Part shown: piece by piece, positions 37,412 to 47,399 of the stretch
How positions within the stretch are numbered: the first letter of the stretch is position 1
Layout: the number at the start of each line of letters is the position of its first letter
Origin: Minisyncoccia bacterium
GTDB taxonomy: Bacteria; Patescibacteriota; Minisyncoccia; Phycocordibacterales; Phycocordibacteraceae
Direction: 5' to 3'
DNA: 64,000 nt
Assembly (NCBI GenBank): GCA_038228545.1
Contig: JBBRPE010000001.1
Span: 46,924 to 110,923 of the forward strand
Program-made: the position numbers and the translations under genes
The notes under the pieces: model-generated
Told to the model about the DNA's origin: nothing
The model's input: only the letters and a program-made list of their open reading frames with translations
The model's database searches: none

Positions 37412-40249
37412 TCAATACTTAAAAAGTTTCAGCAGGTCGTCGTACGCGTCAGCGTCGTCTCGCTTTCGTTCCCCCTTGCGCCAAGTACCGCCAACGAGCT
37501 CACCAATGACACTCTCGAGCGTAGACAGTAGTTCTTCGCGTGTTTCATTTGTAAGCGGCACATCATAGTCTTTTACTTCTTCAGTCGTCACCTGCACGAT
37601 AGTCGCCTTTGCTGGCTTGTGGCCATTCTCACGAAGGAGTAGTTCATAAAACGCCAGCTGACGCGGATAGCTTTCGTCTTTCTGGTCTATTTTGCTCGAC
37701 GTCTTGAAGTCGACGATTTCTTCACCGAGAGGCGTTTTGAACACAGCATCTATTTTGCCGTATAGCAGGACTTGGGTTCCGGCGAATTCTTTTGTTACGG
37801 AAAAGGCTTTTTCTACTGCCTCATGCTCTTTAGTAGGAGCGTTCTGAATGAAAGTCATGACGCGTGCGCGAGCATCTTCACATGCGTTGTCATACGCCTT
37901 CGTGCGTTGCAGAAGTGAACGTCTCAAACATACTTCCAGTGCATCGTACGCGCGTCCTTCGTCCTTTGTTTCAAGATATTCAGCAATGCCTGCGTGCACC
38001 GCGCTACCAATAAGCGTCGCGGTTGTTTCCGAATCATGAAGGCGTAGCACGCGTCGTGCAAAGAAGACGGGAGGTGATTCTATATATTCGTTGAGCGCCG
38101 AAGGCGACAAACCTTCTTCAGTGAGGTATCGAAGTACGAGTGCAGTGACAGTCTTAGGAGCATCCACCGTCGTGTGCAGGAGCGGTAGTGGGTCGGCTTC
38201 TGGAGTGATGTTTTCAAGACCTTCAGGTATGAGTGCGGACGGTGGTAAGTCACGCCCTTCTCCGGATTCAAGTGCGTACGAAAGCACGAGCTCATTCTTT
38301 GCGCGCGTTATAGCAACGTAGAAAAGCTTTATAGCGTCTTCTGCAGTACGTGTCTGGTCGACGGGCGATGGAATAGTCGCACCACGACCTCCCTTCTCCC
38401 ACTGGCGAGCGTTGAGGCCGACAACAAATACTCGCTCGAATTCCATACCCTTTGCTTTGTGTGCGGTTATCACCGTGACCAGCCCTTCCTGTTGCGTGGC
38501 AGAAGACTTTACGCTTTCAAGGCCGTGCTCATGCGCCTGCACGAATGACGTCACTACCTCACGGAAGGTTCGGGAGGGGTCGCGTGCCACAATCTCCTCG
38601 ACGTGCATAAAAATCTTGCGCAGGAGTGTGATGTCTTCTAGGTGTTCACCGTGCGAAAGAAAGTAGCCGCGCGCTCCAGTGTCTGCAAGCATACGCGAAA
38701 GTAGAGCGAGAGGTGATTCATCGAGAGCAGCTTTCTGGAGTGCTTCTATGCATGAGGCAATCTGTGGGTAGGTAGTACGAAGTGCATTCCATAATTCCCG
38801 GTCGCGATTTTTAAGGAGCATCTCACTTCGCTCGCTAAGTGACATGTCCCACCACGGTGCAAGTAAAGTCTCGCGGAGAGCCGCGATGTCGAGCGGGTCG
38901 GCTACAGAGCGCATAAGCGCGAGCACCGAGCGCATGAGTGGGCGTGAGGAAAGCATCACGTCACCTGCACGGAGCACCGGAATATTCCGAGCGGCCAAAT
39001 GTTCTGCGAAAAGGTCGGCCGTTCCGTTCCGGCTTGAAATTATTGCTATTTCTTCCGGCTTTGTTCCTTCTGCTATCGCAGTCTCTATCATCTGCGCTAC
39101 CTGGTCGCGCTCTGCGAGCGGGTCAGCTGCAGCAAGGAGTTTTAGGCTCGCCACTCCCGAGCGCGTAGCCACAAGCTTCATATGTTTTCCTGCAGCTGCA
39201 GGCACCGCTTCTATGACGCCATGCGAAATATCGAGTACGTCTTGGAGCGAGCGGTAACTGTCCGTAAGTTGAATGAGTTCCGTACGTGGGAAGTGCTCAG
39301 TAAAGGTTTTGAAGTGTGAAGAGTCAGCCCCTTGGAAGCGATAAATAGCCTGCTTCTCGTCGCCCACAACGAAAATATTTGGGTGCTCGTCATATGCAAG
39401 CGTATCGAGAAGAGCGTGCTGGAGAGCATTCGCGTCCTGATGCTCGTCTGCAAGAATATATTGATACTGCTCCTGTACCATAGCGCGGAGGTCGGCATCC
39501 TGCTTCAGTCCTTCGACAGCTATGTTGAGCACGTCCGCAAAGTCATACACATCGCGCGCATCTTTCAGAGCTTCATACGCTTCAATAAGTCGTGCCGCCT
39601 CGGCAATTTTCTCGAGACGCTCAAGCTTACCGAACCCTTCCGGTTTCATCTCACCTTTCTTTCCATACTTACTGTCGCGAGAGTAGTAGAGCGACTCATC
39701 CGCCCGTATGCGTTCTCCTTCCGTCTCTGCCCATGCTCGATACATATCGAGTGTTATCTGCTCGCGAAGCAAGTCATCGCGAAGCCGAGCAAGGTCACGC
39801 AAATAAAAATACGGAGACTTCGGCGTGCGTAGATGCACCAGGTCCTGCGTCTCGAGTATCTCTCTCCAGAGAAGCGTCGTTTCTACGTCGCCAGCAAGTC
39901 GCTTTCCACGAGACGCTTTAAACGAGTCGGGATACGTAGTGAGAAGATTCTCGGCGAAGCCATGGAAGGTCGAGATGAATACTTCGCGGGAGGGCGCTTC
40001 GCCAATGAGCCCTGCGAGGCGTTTACGTACCGTCCGTGCCGCGGACTCCGTAAACGTAAGCACCAGGATATTGGTCGCGTTCGCCTGGGTCGTTTTAAGG
40101 ATGTTCGCTATGCGAAGGGTGAGAATATGCGTCTTCCCCGTCCCTGGGCCAGCAATGACCAAAACTGGCCCCTCAACGGTATCTACAGCCTTCTTCTGGG
40201 CTGGATTCAGCTTTGCATAGGCCTCCTTAAATGCCTTCTCGTCGGTCAT
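37412..40249 (-). CDS. UvrD/PcrA-like helicase with C-terminal PD-(D/E)xK nuclease
   Basis: AGPGTGKT, DEHQD, VGDEKQAIYRFQG, TAHKAKGMEF, YVAITRAK, GKID..IVDFKT. Confidence 0.93.
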   Translation of the reverse strand: MTDEKAFKEAYAKLNPAQKKAVDTVEGPVLVIAGPGTGKTHILTLRIANILKTTQANATNILVLTFTESAARTVRKRLAGLIGEAPSREVFISTFHGFAENLLTTYPDSFKASRGKRLAGDVETTLLWREILETQDLVHLRTPKSPYFYLRDLARLRDDLLREQITLDMYRAWAETEGERIRADESLYYSRDSKYGKKGEMKPEGFGKLERLEKIAEAARLIEAYEALKDARDVYDFADVLNIAVEGLKQDADLRAMVQEQYQYILADEHQDANALQHALLDTLAYDEHPNIFVVGDEKQAIYRFQGADSSHFKTFTEHFPRTELIQLTDSYRSLQDVLDISHGVIEAVPAAAGKHMKLVATRSGVASLKLLAAADPLAERDQVAQMIETAIAEGTKPEEIAIISSRNGTADLFAEHLAARNIPVLRAGDVMLSSRPLMRSVLALMRSVADPLDIAALRETLLAPWWDMSLSERSEMLLKNRDRELWNALRTTYPQIASCIEALQKAALDESPLALLSRMLADTGARGYFLSHGEHLEDITLLRKIFMHVEEIVARDPSRTFREVVTSFVQAHEHGLESVKSSATQQEGLVTVITAHKAKGMEFERVFVVGLNARQWEKGGRGATIPSPVDQTRTAEDAIKLFYVAITRAKNELVLSYALESGEGRDLPPSALIPEGLENITPEADPLPLLHTTVDAPKTVTALVLRYLTEEGLSPSALNEYIESPPVFFARRVLRLHDSETTATLIGSAVHAGIAEYLETKDEGRAYDALEVCLRRSLLQRTKAYDNACEDARARVMTFIQNAPTKEHEAVEKAFSVTKEFAGTQVLLYGKIDAVFKTPLGEEIVDFKTSSKIDQKDESYPRQLAFYELLLRENGHKPAKATIVQVTTEEVKDYDVPLTNETREELLSTLESVIGELVGGTWRKGERKRDDADAYDDLLKLFKY

Positions 40250-40280
40250 TCCCCTATTCTACCCTGCCTGCCAAAACTCC

Positions 40281-40706
40281 CTATTTTGCCTTCGATGGTA
40301 GGTAAGAAAATCCTATTATAAGGGCACTAAGTGGGAGATATAGCCAGTAACCAATGAAGTCAACGATTCGAACTGGTTCAATGTAGAAGAGTGCCCCATC
40401 AGGAAAAGCAGCACGTCCTAGAAAGAAAAGCCCGATACAGACAGGAATTGCCACGTAACTAAATTTGAGCCAACGTTTAAATCCGATTTCACTGCTGATG
40501 AGAACGAGACCGGCTACTATAAAGAACAGAAAACTTACTTCGGTTAAAGTCCACCCAATTTCAGAAACTGGAGTTGCGCAGAACCAATTTTGGATTTTCG
40601 AATCAATGCATTGCCCAAATTTCGTCGGGTTGCGTAAAAACAAACCGACTGCAAATAATACCCCTGGAAACAAAAAAAGTGATACTTTAACGGGAAGATA
40701 TTTCAT
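40281..40706 (-). CDS. Four-TM hypothetical membrane protein
   Basis: Hydrophobic segments; starts 2 nt after the lipase-like gene stop. Confidence 0.7.
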   Translation of the reverse strand: MKYLPVKVSLFLFPGVLFAVGLFLRNPTKFGQCIDSKIQNWFCATPVSEIGWTLTEVSFLFFIVAGLVLISSEIGFKRWLKFSYVAIPVCIGLFFLGRAAFPDGALFYIEPVRIVDFIGYWLYLPLSALIIGFSYLPSKAK

Positions 40707-40708
40707 GT

Positions 40709-43702
40709 TTACATCCGAGTTAGGAGTTCTATTAGCTGCGCGCGTTGCTGAATAATTTTAGCATCCGTCTGTGACCATATAAGTTTCTCAAGTGCAATAA
40801 TATACGGTTTTGCTAGTGCAATTATTATCTGCCTCTTCTCTATTTCCTGAAGGGTAAGAAGGAGCAAGGCCTTAATTATAGGAGAGACGGGGAGCGCATT
40901 TATCTTCAACCTCAGTTGCACAATAAGCTGGAATGTAGTTTGCGGTGTAGTGGTCGCCGTACTGCTTGCCGTAAAGTCCACAGTTCCATTCCCATCTTTA
41001 TCGACCAACGGATTCATGGCCACGCCTGATGTATTAACAGTAAATGTCGCAGTTGTTCCTGTCTGCGTATTTATGCCCCCAAACCGTTGCAGGGTCGTTA
41101 TACTCCCATCTTGGTTCAATGGACCGACCTCAAGCGTGGTAGTTCCCGACCCATATCCCGTTGCCTGGACTGATACGCTGACACCCTTAGGTATATACAA
41201 GTACTTCTCGTCGTCATACGAATCCGCATAGCTACCAGGGATATCTTCTACCATTCGGTAGAATTCTGTTGTTCCAGGTATTGAAACAAATCCAGTTTGA
41301 TTTCCCAGGTTATCGGTCGCGACGATATTAACAGGAGAATGTGCGCTAATTGTATACATTAGAGGATTCAATCCCGGAGTAGGTTTAACTGTCTGAATAT
41401 AGGACGATAGGATATCACTTCTTCCAAGTAGCATAGATATCTCATTTTCAACCGGTAGTGCTGAAAGTAGGCTTTGATGCACCACGTTTACATGCCTATC
41501 ACGAAGATAATCCTTTGCATTGAAGAAAAGGGTGTTGGAGGAATTCTGTATGGAGCTTGGGGTAACGACTGTGTCATCACCATCTTCCGTTGTGCTCGCA
41601 ATATGTTGATAATTTATATCGAAGCCGCAAGTAAACCCGAGTACTCCTCCTGAATCGCAATGGAATTGCCCGTTTGTCGTCGTGTACAAGTAGTTCACAG
41701 GAGTTGGCTGACCCCAGCCTGAAAGGCTTATGATCGTAGTGCTTGCCGTGGGGGCCCATGTGTCGAGCTTCGCATGGGTAGTCGCCTCTTTACTAAGTAT
41801 CGTGGCTGAAAGTTTCATTGGCACTTTCAAGTCTGATGTGGAGAGCGTGCTATGGATACCAAGTTTATCTGTGAGGAAATCGACCATTTCTTGATAGGAA
41901 TTTATGCCGTCTGCACCAAATTCAGTCCCATACGGATTTGTAGAATCAGTCGTGGAGAACATTGCAACCGGCGTTGTCACATGACTGAAATACGCTGGCG
42001 ACGGAAGCAAACCGTACATACCAGGCATAGTTGCTGCAACGGCACGCACCGTACCGGAGTACGTTACGATTCCGAGCATGTTTGTCAGGTCGTCACCGTG
42101 AAGCATTTGACCTACAGCTTTTGGCGTCCCAAGCTGTGGAGTGCCTACAAGAACAATCTTGTCCACCAAATTGCTTCTTCCCTCTGCCTCGAGCCTAAGC
42201 ATGAGTGCTTTTGCCAATAGACCACCATTACTGTGAGCAATTATCGTGACCTTGCCCGTTGCAGAACTTGAAGCGAGAGTAGAAACATCCTGATCCAAGT
42301 AATCTCTGGTGTCGTCCTCCCGAAGAACTCCATTCGCAACAATATCAGTGACGTCATATCGCCAGTCATACGGATACGCATACCACCTATTGATGAGCGG
42401 CTGTGTGGAAGTGGCAGTCGAGGAAGCTATCGAGTCCATGTAGGAGATGAACGAATCGTATACGTGGACAGTGTTGAATATTGAACCGATTATCGATCCG
42501 ACATATATATTCGGCTGACTGTTTCCGCTCGCGTCTAAGGCGAGTCCGCCTAGATTCGAATTAAAGATTTGCGAGCCCCACAGGACGGTCTTCGTACCAT
42601 TCGCATTTTTTCGTATGAGCTCGCTAGTGAGGGTTCCGGGAAGAAATAAGACATTCGATCCCGTGGACCCTACTTGCGGCGTTAAGGTGGGGTTTGTAGG
42701 AGCAATAATGTCACACGACGCCGCGTCATAGCAAATGGCGAACGCAGGAATATTGTTTGTGTCGGCTATTGCACTCGATGTTCCAGTATTACTGAGCGCT
42801 CCCCATTGCCACGGGTCACCTTTGTTCGGGTCAATATGAAATTGCTGCATACAGCCTCCCACACTAGTACTGTGAGCTTTCGCAAATCCATCAGGTCGCA
42901 CATCATATCCTGAGTACGCTCCCGGTATAAAGGCATTGATGTGATAGTTAGAACTTGGACAACCCGTTAACCCTTCGAAGAAAACGACTGCGTAATAATC
43001 TCCTGCCGGCAACGAGTTCAGAAGAGAATGCTGAATTGCTATGCCATCAGGTATTCCACCACTTACATAATTTGGTGCCGTGACGATACTCCCACCGATG
43101 GCGTGATCGAGCACAACACCAGTCGGTGGACCTGGTGGCGTTGTAGTACCGGTGTACGAGATACCCGTAAGATTGAAGCCTAAGTCGCCAAGGCCCACAA
43201 CAGTCGCAGTTCCAGACGCGTAGGTATCATTCGCGGAACCATACGGAAGCATCGCGCCCGCCCCATTATTTACGGAGATGCCTGTATGTATGAGGTAGTA
43301 CTTGTTTGGATCCAACTGGTAACCACCTGGAATTGAATACGTAACAGTAGTGTCAGTGTCCACTCCTACTGCGCCAACAGGATTCAATGAAAGTGCTAAA
43401 GTCCCGGTTGTTAGAACACGAACGCACTGTACGTAATTTGCATCATCGCAAGCATCAATTCCGAAGTAGATGTTCGGACCATAATACGGTGAACGATTGA
43501 AACGTATTTGAAAAACCGCTTGCGTGAGATTTCCGCTTATTCCTGTACCCAACTGTTGCGCCCAGTCGCCACTCGTAGAAAGTGGTCCAGGGACGAGCGT
43601 ATCGTAAACAGATTGGATAATATCTGCATGAGCGGGCAGTGGAGAAAAAGCCCCGAATGCGGCGAGGACGGATAGGGCGCCCATGGTGGCGAGACGGCGC
43701 AT
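40709..43702 (-). CDS. Large secreted alpha/beta-hydrolase (LCAT/PGAP1-like lipase or acyltransferase)
   Basis: Signal peptide MRRLA...PAHA; FLPGTL, YPYDWR, AHSNGG nucleophile elbow, GTPQLG, GDDTV, HSPV. Confidence 0.85.
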   Translation of the reverse strand: MRRLATMGALSVLAAFGAFSPLPAHADIIQSVYDTLVPGPLSTSGDWAQQLGTGISGNLTQAVFQIRFNRSPYYGPNIYFGIDACDDANYVQCVRVLTTGTLALSLNPVGAVGVDTDTTVTYSIPGGYQLDPNKYYLIHTGISVNNGAGAMLPYGSANDTYASGTATVVGLGDLGFNLTGISYTGTTTPPGPPTGVVLDHAIGGSIVTAPNYVSGGIPDGIAIQHSLLNSLPAGDYYAVVFFEGLTGCPSSNYHINAFIPGAYSGYDVRPDGFAKAHSTSVGGCMQQFHIDPNKGDPWQWGALSNTGTSSAIADTNNIPAFAICYDAASCDIIAPTNPTLTPQVGSTGSNVLFLPGTLTSELIRKNANGTKTVLWGSQIFNSNLGGLALDASGNSQPNIYVGSIIGSIFNTVHVYDSFISYMDSIASSTATSTQPLINRWYAYPYDWRYDVTDIVANGVLREDDTRDYLDQDVSTLASSSATGKVTIIAHSNGGLLAKALMLRLEAEGRSNLVDKIVLVGTPQLGTPKAVGQMLHGDDLTNMLGIVTYSGTVRAVAATMPGMYGLLPSPAYFSHVTTPVAMFSTTDSTNPYGTEFGADGINSYQEMVDFLTDKLGIHSTLSTSDLKVPMKLSATILSKEATTHAKLDTWAPTASTTIISLSGWGQPTPVNYLYTTTNGQFHCDSGGVLGFTCGFDINYQHIASTTEDGDDTVVTPSSIQNSSNTLFFNAKDYLRDRHVNVVHQSLLSALPVENEISMLLGRSDILSSYIQTVKPTPGLNPLMYTISAHSPVNIVATDNLGNQTGFVSIPGTTEFYRMVEDIPGSYADSYDDEKYLYIPKGVSVSVQATGYGSGTTTLEVGPLNQDGSITTLQRFGGINTQTGTTATFTVNTSGVAMNPLVDKDGNGTVDFTASSTATTTPQTTFQLIVQLRLKINALPVSPIIKALLLLTLQEIEKRQIIIALAKPYIIALEKLIWSQTDAKIIQQRAQLIELLTRM

Positions 43703-43771
43703 ACCCCTGTACTCCTGAAGCGTACCACTGGCAGTACATGGTGCAAGCAAGACCGATGTGCGTATACTGGG

Positions 43772-44015
43772 ATAAGTACCACTCCCAAAGCGCTGCGGTA
43801 GACGCGAGTATGGGAAGCGAGGTTGACCACGTGGAAGGATCTTTGCAACTGAGCCGTTGTCTGTGGCCACGGATTGTAACAGCTCTGCGTAGAGCAAAGC
43901 GGCAGCATTGGTGACATGGGTCACCCGCGAGACCGAAGTGCACCGAAGTATCCTCTTAGACCAACGCGACTCGCTACGATTAAAGAAGGCCGCCCCAACC
44001 CCGGGGCGGCCATTT
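43772..44015 (+). ncRNA. Candidate structured non-coding transcript
   Basis: TATACT -10 near 43763, several nested stems, terminator at 43988-44011, no convincing ORF. Confidence 0.3.
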
Positions 44016-44045
44016 CTTTTATCCTCGACAAATAGGACCAAAAGC

Positions 44046-44609
44046 TCAGAACACGTAGCTACGTTTGAGTTTAATGCGAAGCTTCTTATGTTCAGGAATA
44101 ACACTCCCAACGAGCGCCCAGAACTTTGCAGAGTGGTTGTGATGCACGGTGTGTGCAAGCTCGTGGACCACCAGATAATCGGTGAGCTCACTCGGCAAAT
44201 GCACGATGCGATAATTAAAAGAAAGATTTCCCTTCTGGGAACAGCTTCCCCATCGACTTTTCTGATTCCGTATTGAAATGCTCCCGTGAGTGAATCCGTG
44301 CGCGGTAGAGAAGTGACGTACACGCTCGATCACAAGCGTACGAGCAGATTTCTGTGCCTCTATGTATGCCTTTGACCCGCGACGCAGTCGCGGGAGCTGT
44401 TCTTTCGGATTCTTCGCCTCCCGTTCTGCACGCTTTTGAAATTTCTTCACTGCGGCTTCTATCCACAGCGATTTTGTCCGTACGAATCGCTCAACTGCCG
44501 CGGTGCTCACAAAGCGTGGCTTCGTAACAACAACTCGTCCGTCCGTATGAATAGTTATCCGCGCGCTAAGCGCCCGTGCGGATTCCTTAATTTCGTAAGT
44601 GTACGCCAC
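44046..44609 (-). CDS. YgjP/DUF45 (SprT/M48-like) metal-dependent hydrolase
   Basis: QKSRWGSCS, YLVVHELAH, NHSAKFW. Confidence 0.92.
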   Translation of the reverse strand: MAYTYEIKESARALSARITIHTDGRVVVTKPRFVSTAAVERFVRTKSLWIEAAVKKFQKRAEREAKNPKEQLPRLRRGSKAYIEAQKSARTLVIERVRHFSTAHGFTHGSISIRNQKSRWGSCSQKGNLSFNYRIVHLPSELTDYLVVHELAHTVHHNHSAKFWALVGSVIPEHKKLRIKLKRSYVF

Positions 44610-44684
44610 TCAGCCAGTCTACCCGAGCTTGAGCGTATTGACCTTGTTCCACATCAGCACGAATAATTCGATATACTGAACAAT

Positions 44685-45143
44685 ATGGAAAAGAGGTATT
44701 GGCTCGTAAAGTCTGAGCCCGAGAGCTACGGCATCAAGCATCTGAAAAAAGACAAAAAGACACTGTGGACCGGTGTTCGCAATTACACCGCCCGAAACTT
44801 CATGCAAAGCATGAACCCGAACGACGAAGTCCTGTTCTACCATTCTTCCTGTGCTGTTCCCGGTGTGTACGGCATAGCAAAGGTTGCTTCGTCGCCGTAC
44901 CCGGACGAGACGCAATATGACGAGAAAGGTCATTACTTTGAAAAGCGAGCAACGAAGGAGAAACCGGTCTGGTACCTGGTGGATATAACGTTTGTATCAG
45001 AATGCAAAAAACCCGTCACACTTCCGCAGATACGAGCAACCAAAGCGCTCGCCGGTATGAAAATACTCGAGCCAGGCTCGCGACTATCTGTCACGCCAGT
45101 GACAACTAATGAGTTCGAAATAATTTCAAAGCTTGCCGCCTAA
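44685..45143 (+). CDS. EVE domain protein
   Basis: YWLVKSEP, WTGVRNYTARNF, FYHS, SRLSVTPV. Confidence 0.95.
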   Translation: MEKRYWLVKSEPESYGIKHLKKDKKTLWTGVRNYTARNFMQSMNPNDEVLFYHSSCAVPGVYGIAKVASSPYPDETQYDEKGHYFEKRATKEKPVWYLVDITFVSECKKPVTLPQIRATKALAGMKILEPGSRLSVTPVTTNEFEIISKLAA

Positions 45144-45231
45144 CTTGCTATATATAATAAGCGTGGTACTATTCTTTCGAACTGTCAGGAGCACTGCTCC
45201 CCTTCATAAACGCAAACCGAGAGGTACTATC

Positions 45232-45666
45232 ATGATTTCTGTCAGCGCCGCCATTCCCGGACTGTATGCCGACGATCGAGTTCCCCAAGATCCCATCACC
45301 GGCCGCTGGGGTGTGAGCATGCGCGAAACCGAGCTGCATGCGGCCCTGAAGCGCGCTGTGTTCGTGCACTGCATGAACACGAAGGTGGGCATCACTGAGG
45401 ATTTCATCCTCGTCGAGGTCCACCACGTACATGTGGGCAATGCGATGCGGATGACCATCACCGTGGCCGACGACATCGTGGAAGCAGATAAGCCGTGGCG
45501 GCAGAATCTCGCCCGTGCGACCACCATCGCGCTCCAGAAGTTCGCGCCGCCCGAAGGCTCCGACGACGTCGCGATCCAATTCATTCAGAGCATCGACGAC
45601 CACTTCTTCTTCGGCAAGAGCATGGGCGAAGAAAAGCCGCCGGTCAAAAGGACCCGGGCAGCCTAA
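45232..45666 (+). CDS. Orphan hypothetical protein
   Basis: GAGG RBS, TATAAT promoter, terminator at 45707-45735. Confidence 0.65.
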   Translation: MISVSAAIPGLYADDRVPQDPITGRWGVSMRETELHAALKRAVFVHCMNTKVGITEDFILVEVHHVHVGNAMRMTITVADDIVEADKPWRQNLARATTIALQKFAPPEGSDDVAIQFIQSIDDHFFFGKSMGEEKPPVKRTRAA

Positions 45667-45800
45667 AGCGTCCGCACGCATCCACTACTCCTCGCCACAA
45701 GCGAAGAAAGGGCGTCCGTAATCCGGACGCCCTTTTGCTATATAAAGTGACAAAGTACACTTTCATGCTATAGTCCACACGGGTAACCAGGGAGGATCCC

Positions 45801-46433
45801 ATGTCAGACACCGATGTGTCGTATGAAAAAATAGACGCGCTGAACCTAGCGGGCGCCGCCCGTTACGCTCAGCTCGTTGCGTCGGGACGTGGCGACTTGC
45901 CTCATCCGGTCGAAGATCTTGAGCTGTTCAGTCGCACCGCCACCGACAGGAATATGTTGGACATTGGTTGCGGCTGGGGACACTACGTTCACAAGTTCAT
46001 CAAAGCAGGTTTCAGCTACGTCGGCGTGGACTCCTCACCGGAGATGCTGCAGGAAGCGCGTAAGCGCAATCCGGACGAACATTTCTACGAGGCCAGCTAT
46101 CTGAATCTCGAAGGCACATTCGCGCCGAATCGCTTCGATGCCATTTGGTCCTGCTGTGCTTTCGGCGGCGAGCCCAAGGCCCGCATGCCGCAGGCGCTTG
46201 CACAGCTCCGGCGCGTGCTCCTTCCCGGCGGCGTTATGGTCATCGTTCTCGCCAACAACGAAAACAGTGAGGAGTGTCTCGCTGAAGGCGCTCACGGCGA
46301 GATGTACTACACGGAGTGGTTTGCGGACGAGTTCAAGCAGACGCTCCAGCACGCCAATTTCGTCGTCGAAAAAGCCTTCAAACGTTTCCGGCACGGTTCG
46401 ATGACCTTCATCGCTCGCAAACCTCCGGACTAG
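45801..46433 (+). CDS. Class I SAM-dependent methyltransferase
   Basis: LDIGCGWG, GVDSS, FDAIW, RVLLPGG; GGGAGG RBS. Confidence 0.9.
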   Translation: MSDTDVSYEKIDALNLAGAARYAQLVASGRGDLPHPVEDLELFSRTATDRNMLDIGCGWGHYVHKFIKAGFSYVGVDSSPEMLQEARKRNPDEHFYEASYLNLEGTFAPNRFDAIWSCCAFGGEPKARMPQALAQLRRVLLPGGVMVIVLANNENSEECLAEGAHGEMYYTEWFADEFKQTLQHANFVVEKAFKRFRHGSMTFIARKPPD

Positions 46434-46550
46434 TCTGCTAGCAGTACTCCTCTGTTCTTAATCGTTCCTCCTGGCCCATCGCGAAAGCGGTGGGCCTTGA
46501 ATTTTTAAACCCCGCCGGAGACGGCGGGGTTTAAACTTCTGATATTCAAA

Positions 46551-47360
46551 CTAACGAATCAAAGAATCAATATCAATATGGAGCTGGATAACCCCGCCAT
46601 CTTTTATGGTTATGGTCGTCGGTACTCCTTGTGCTCTCCCAATACTTCCATCGGTAACTGCCATACGCACATAGTAGGTACCTGCCGGAAGTGAGGCAGA
46701 GAAGGTGCCGTCAGCACCGGGAGTGAGCGTGGTCACAAGCGTAGTGCGATTTGCCTGATATATAGCAACTTTACGAGCCGCGAACATAGCCGGTGTCGGT
46801 TTGCAGGGATTAGTCGCATTTTCCACAGGACATGCAGGAGCTATAGTCATGGTCCCTTGGAGCGAACCCATCGCCTCACCCATACCGGGTGCCACCGAGA
46901 AGGTGAAGCGGTAGTCAGCAGCAGTAATGGTCGTTTTTGAATTCTTTGCAGGCGTAACACTCATGAGTGTTACGTGCTTAGAGCCGAAGGATACCGGACT
47001 ACCCATAACGAAGGTCTGCGTACGTACTCCACCATCGCCTTCTATCTTTGCAGTAATAGAGACCGTACCTGCCTGGATACACTGAACGTCCGTCGGACAA
47101 CGGCTGTCGGAAACTACGGAAAGCGGAGTAATGTGAACGCCGTTCGAAAGAATACGCTGGTTGAGCGATGCTGTGGTCGATTCTGTTTCAGGAGGATTCG
47201 GTACCGTAGTGGTTGCCGAAGGTACGTTCGTGACAGGCGCTGGCTGTTCAACGACCGGTGCAGATACGACGTTTGGATGCATAACCGTCCATAGCCCCCA
47301 TCCGGCAATAACAATAACGACGAGTCCCAAGAGGCCTAAAAGCGTGTTGCGAGTATTCAT
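46551..47360 (-). CDS. Membrane-anchored extracellular hypothetical protein
   Basis: N-terminal TM, DSRCPTDVQCIQAG, PACPVE, LPAGTY beta-sandwich. Confidence 0.8.
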   Translation of the reverse strand: MNTRNTLLGLLGLVVIVIAGWGLWTVMHPNVVSAPVVEQPAPVTNVPSATTTVPNPPETESTTASLNQRILSNGVHITPLSVVSDSRCPTDVQCIQAGTVSITAKIEGDGGVRTQTFVMGSPVSFGSKHVTLMSVTPAKNSKTTITAADYRFTFSVAPGMGEAMGSLQGTMTIAPACPVENATNPCKPTPAMFAARKVAIYQANRTTLVTTLTPGADGTFSASLPAGTYYVRMAVTDGSIGRAQGVPTTITIKDGGVIQLHIDIDSLIR

Positions 47361-47399
47361 AGTACTAGTATAGACGGACAAGACAGCCCTTTCTGACAA

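Noticed and set aside
43703-44323. 207-aa N-terminal extension of the lipase-like ORF in the track
   Set aside because: It overlaps the YgjP-like gene and a terminator, and a clear signal peptide begins at 43702.
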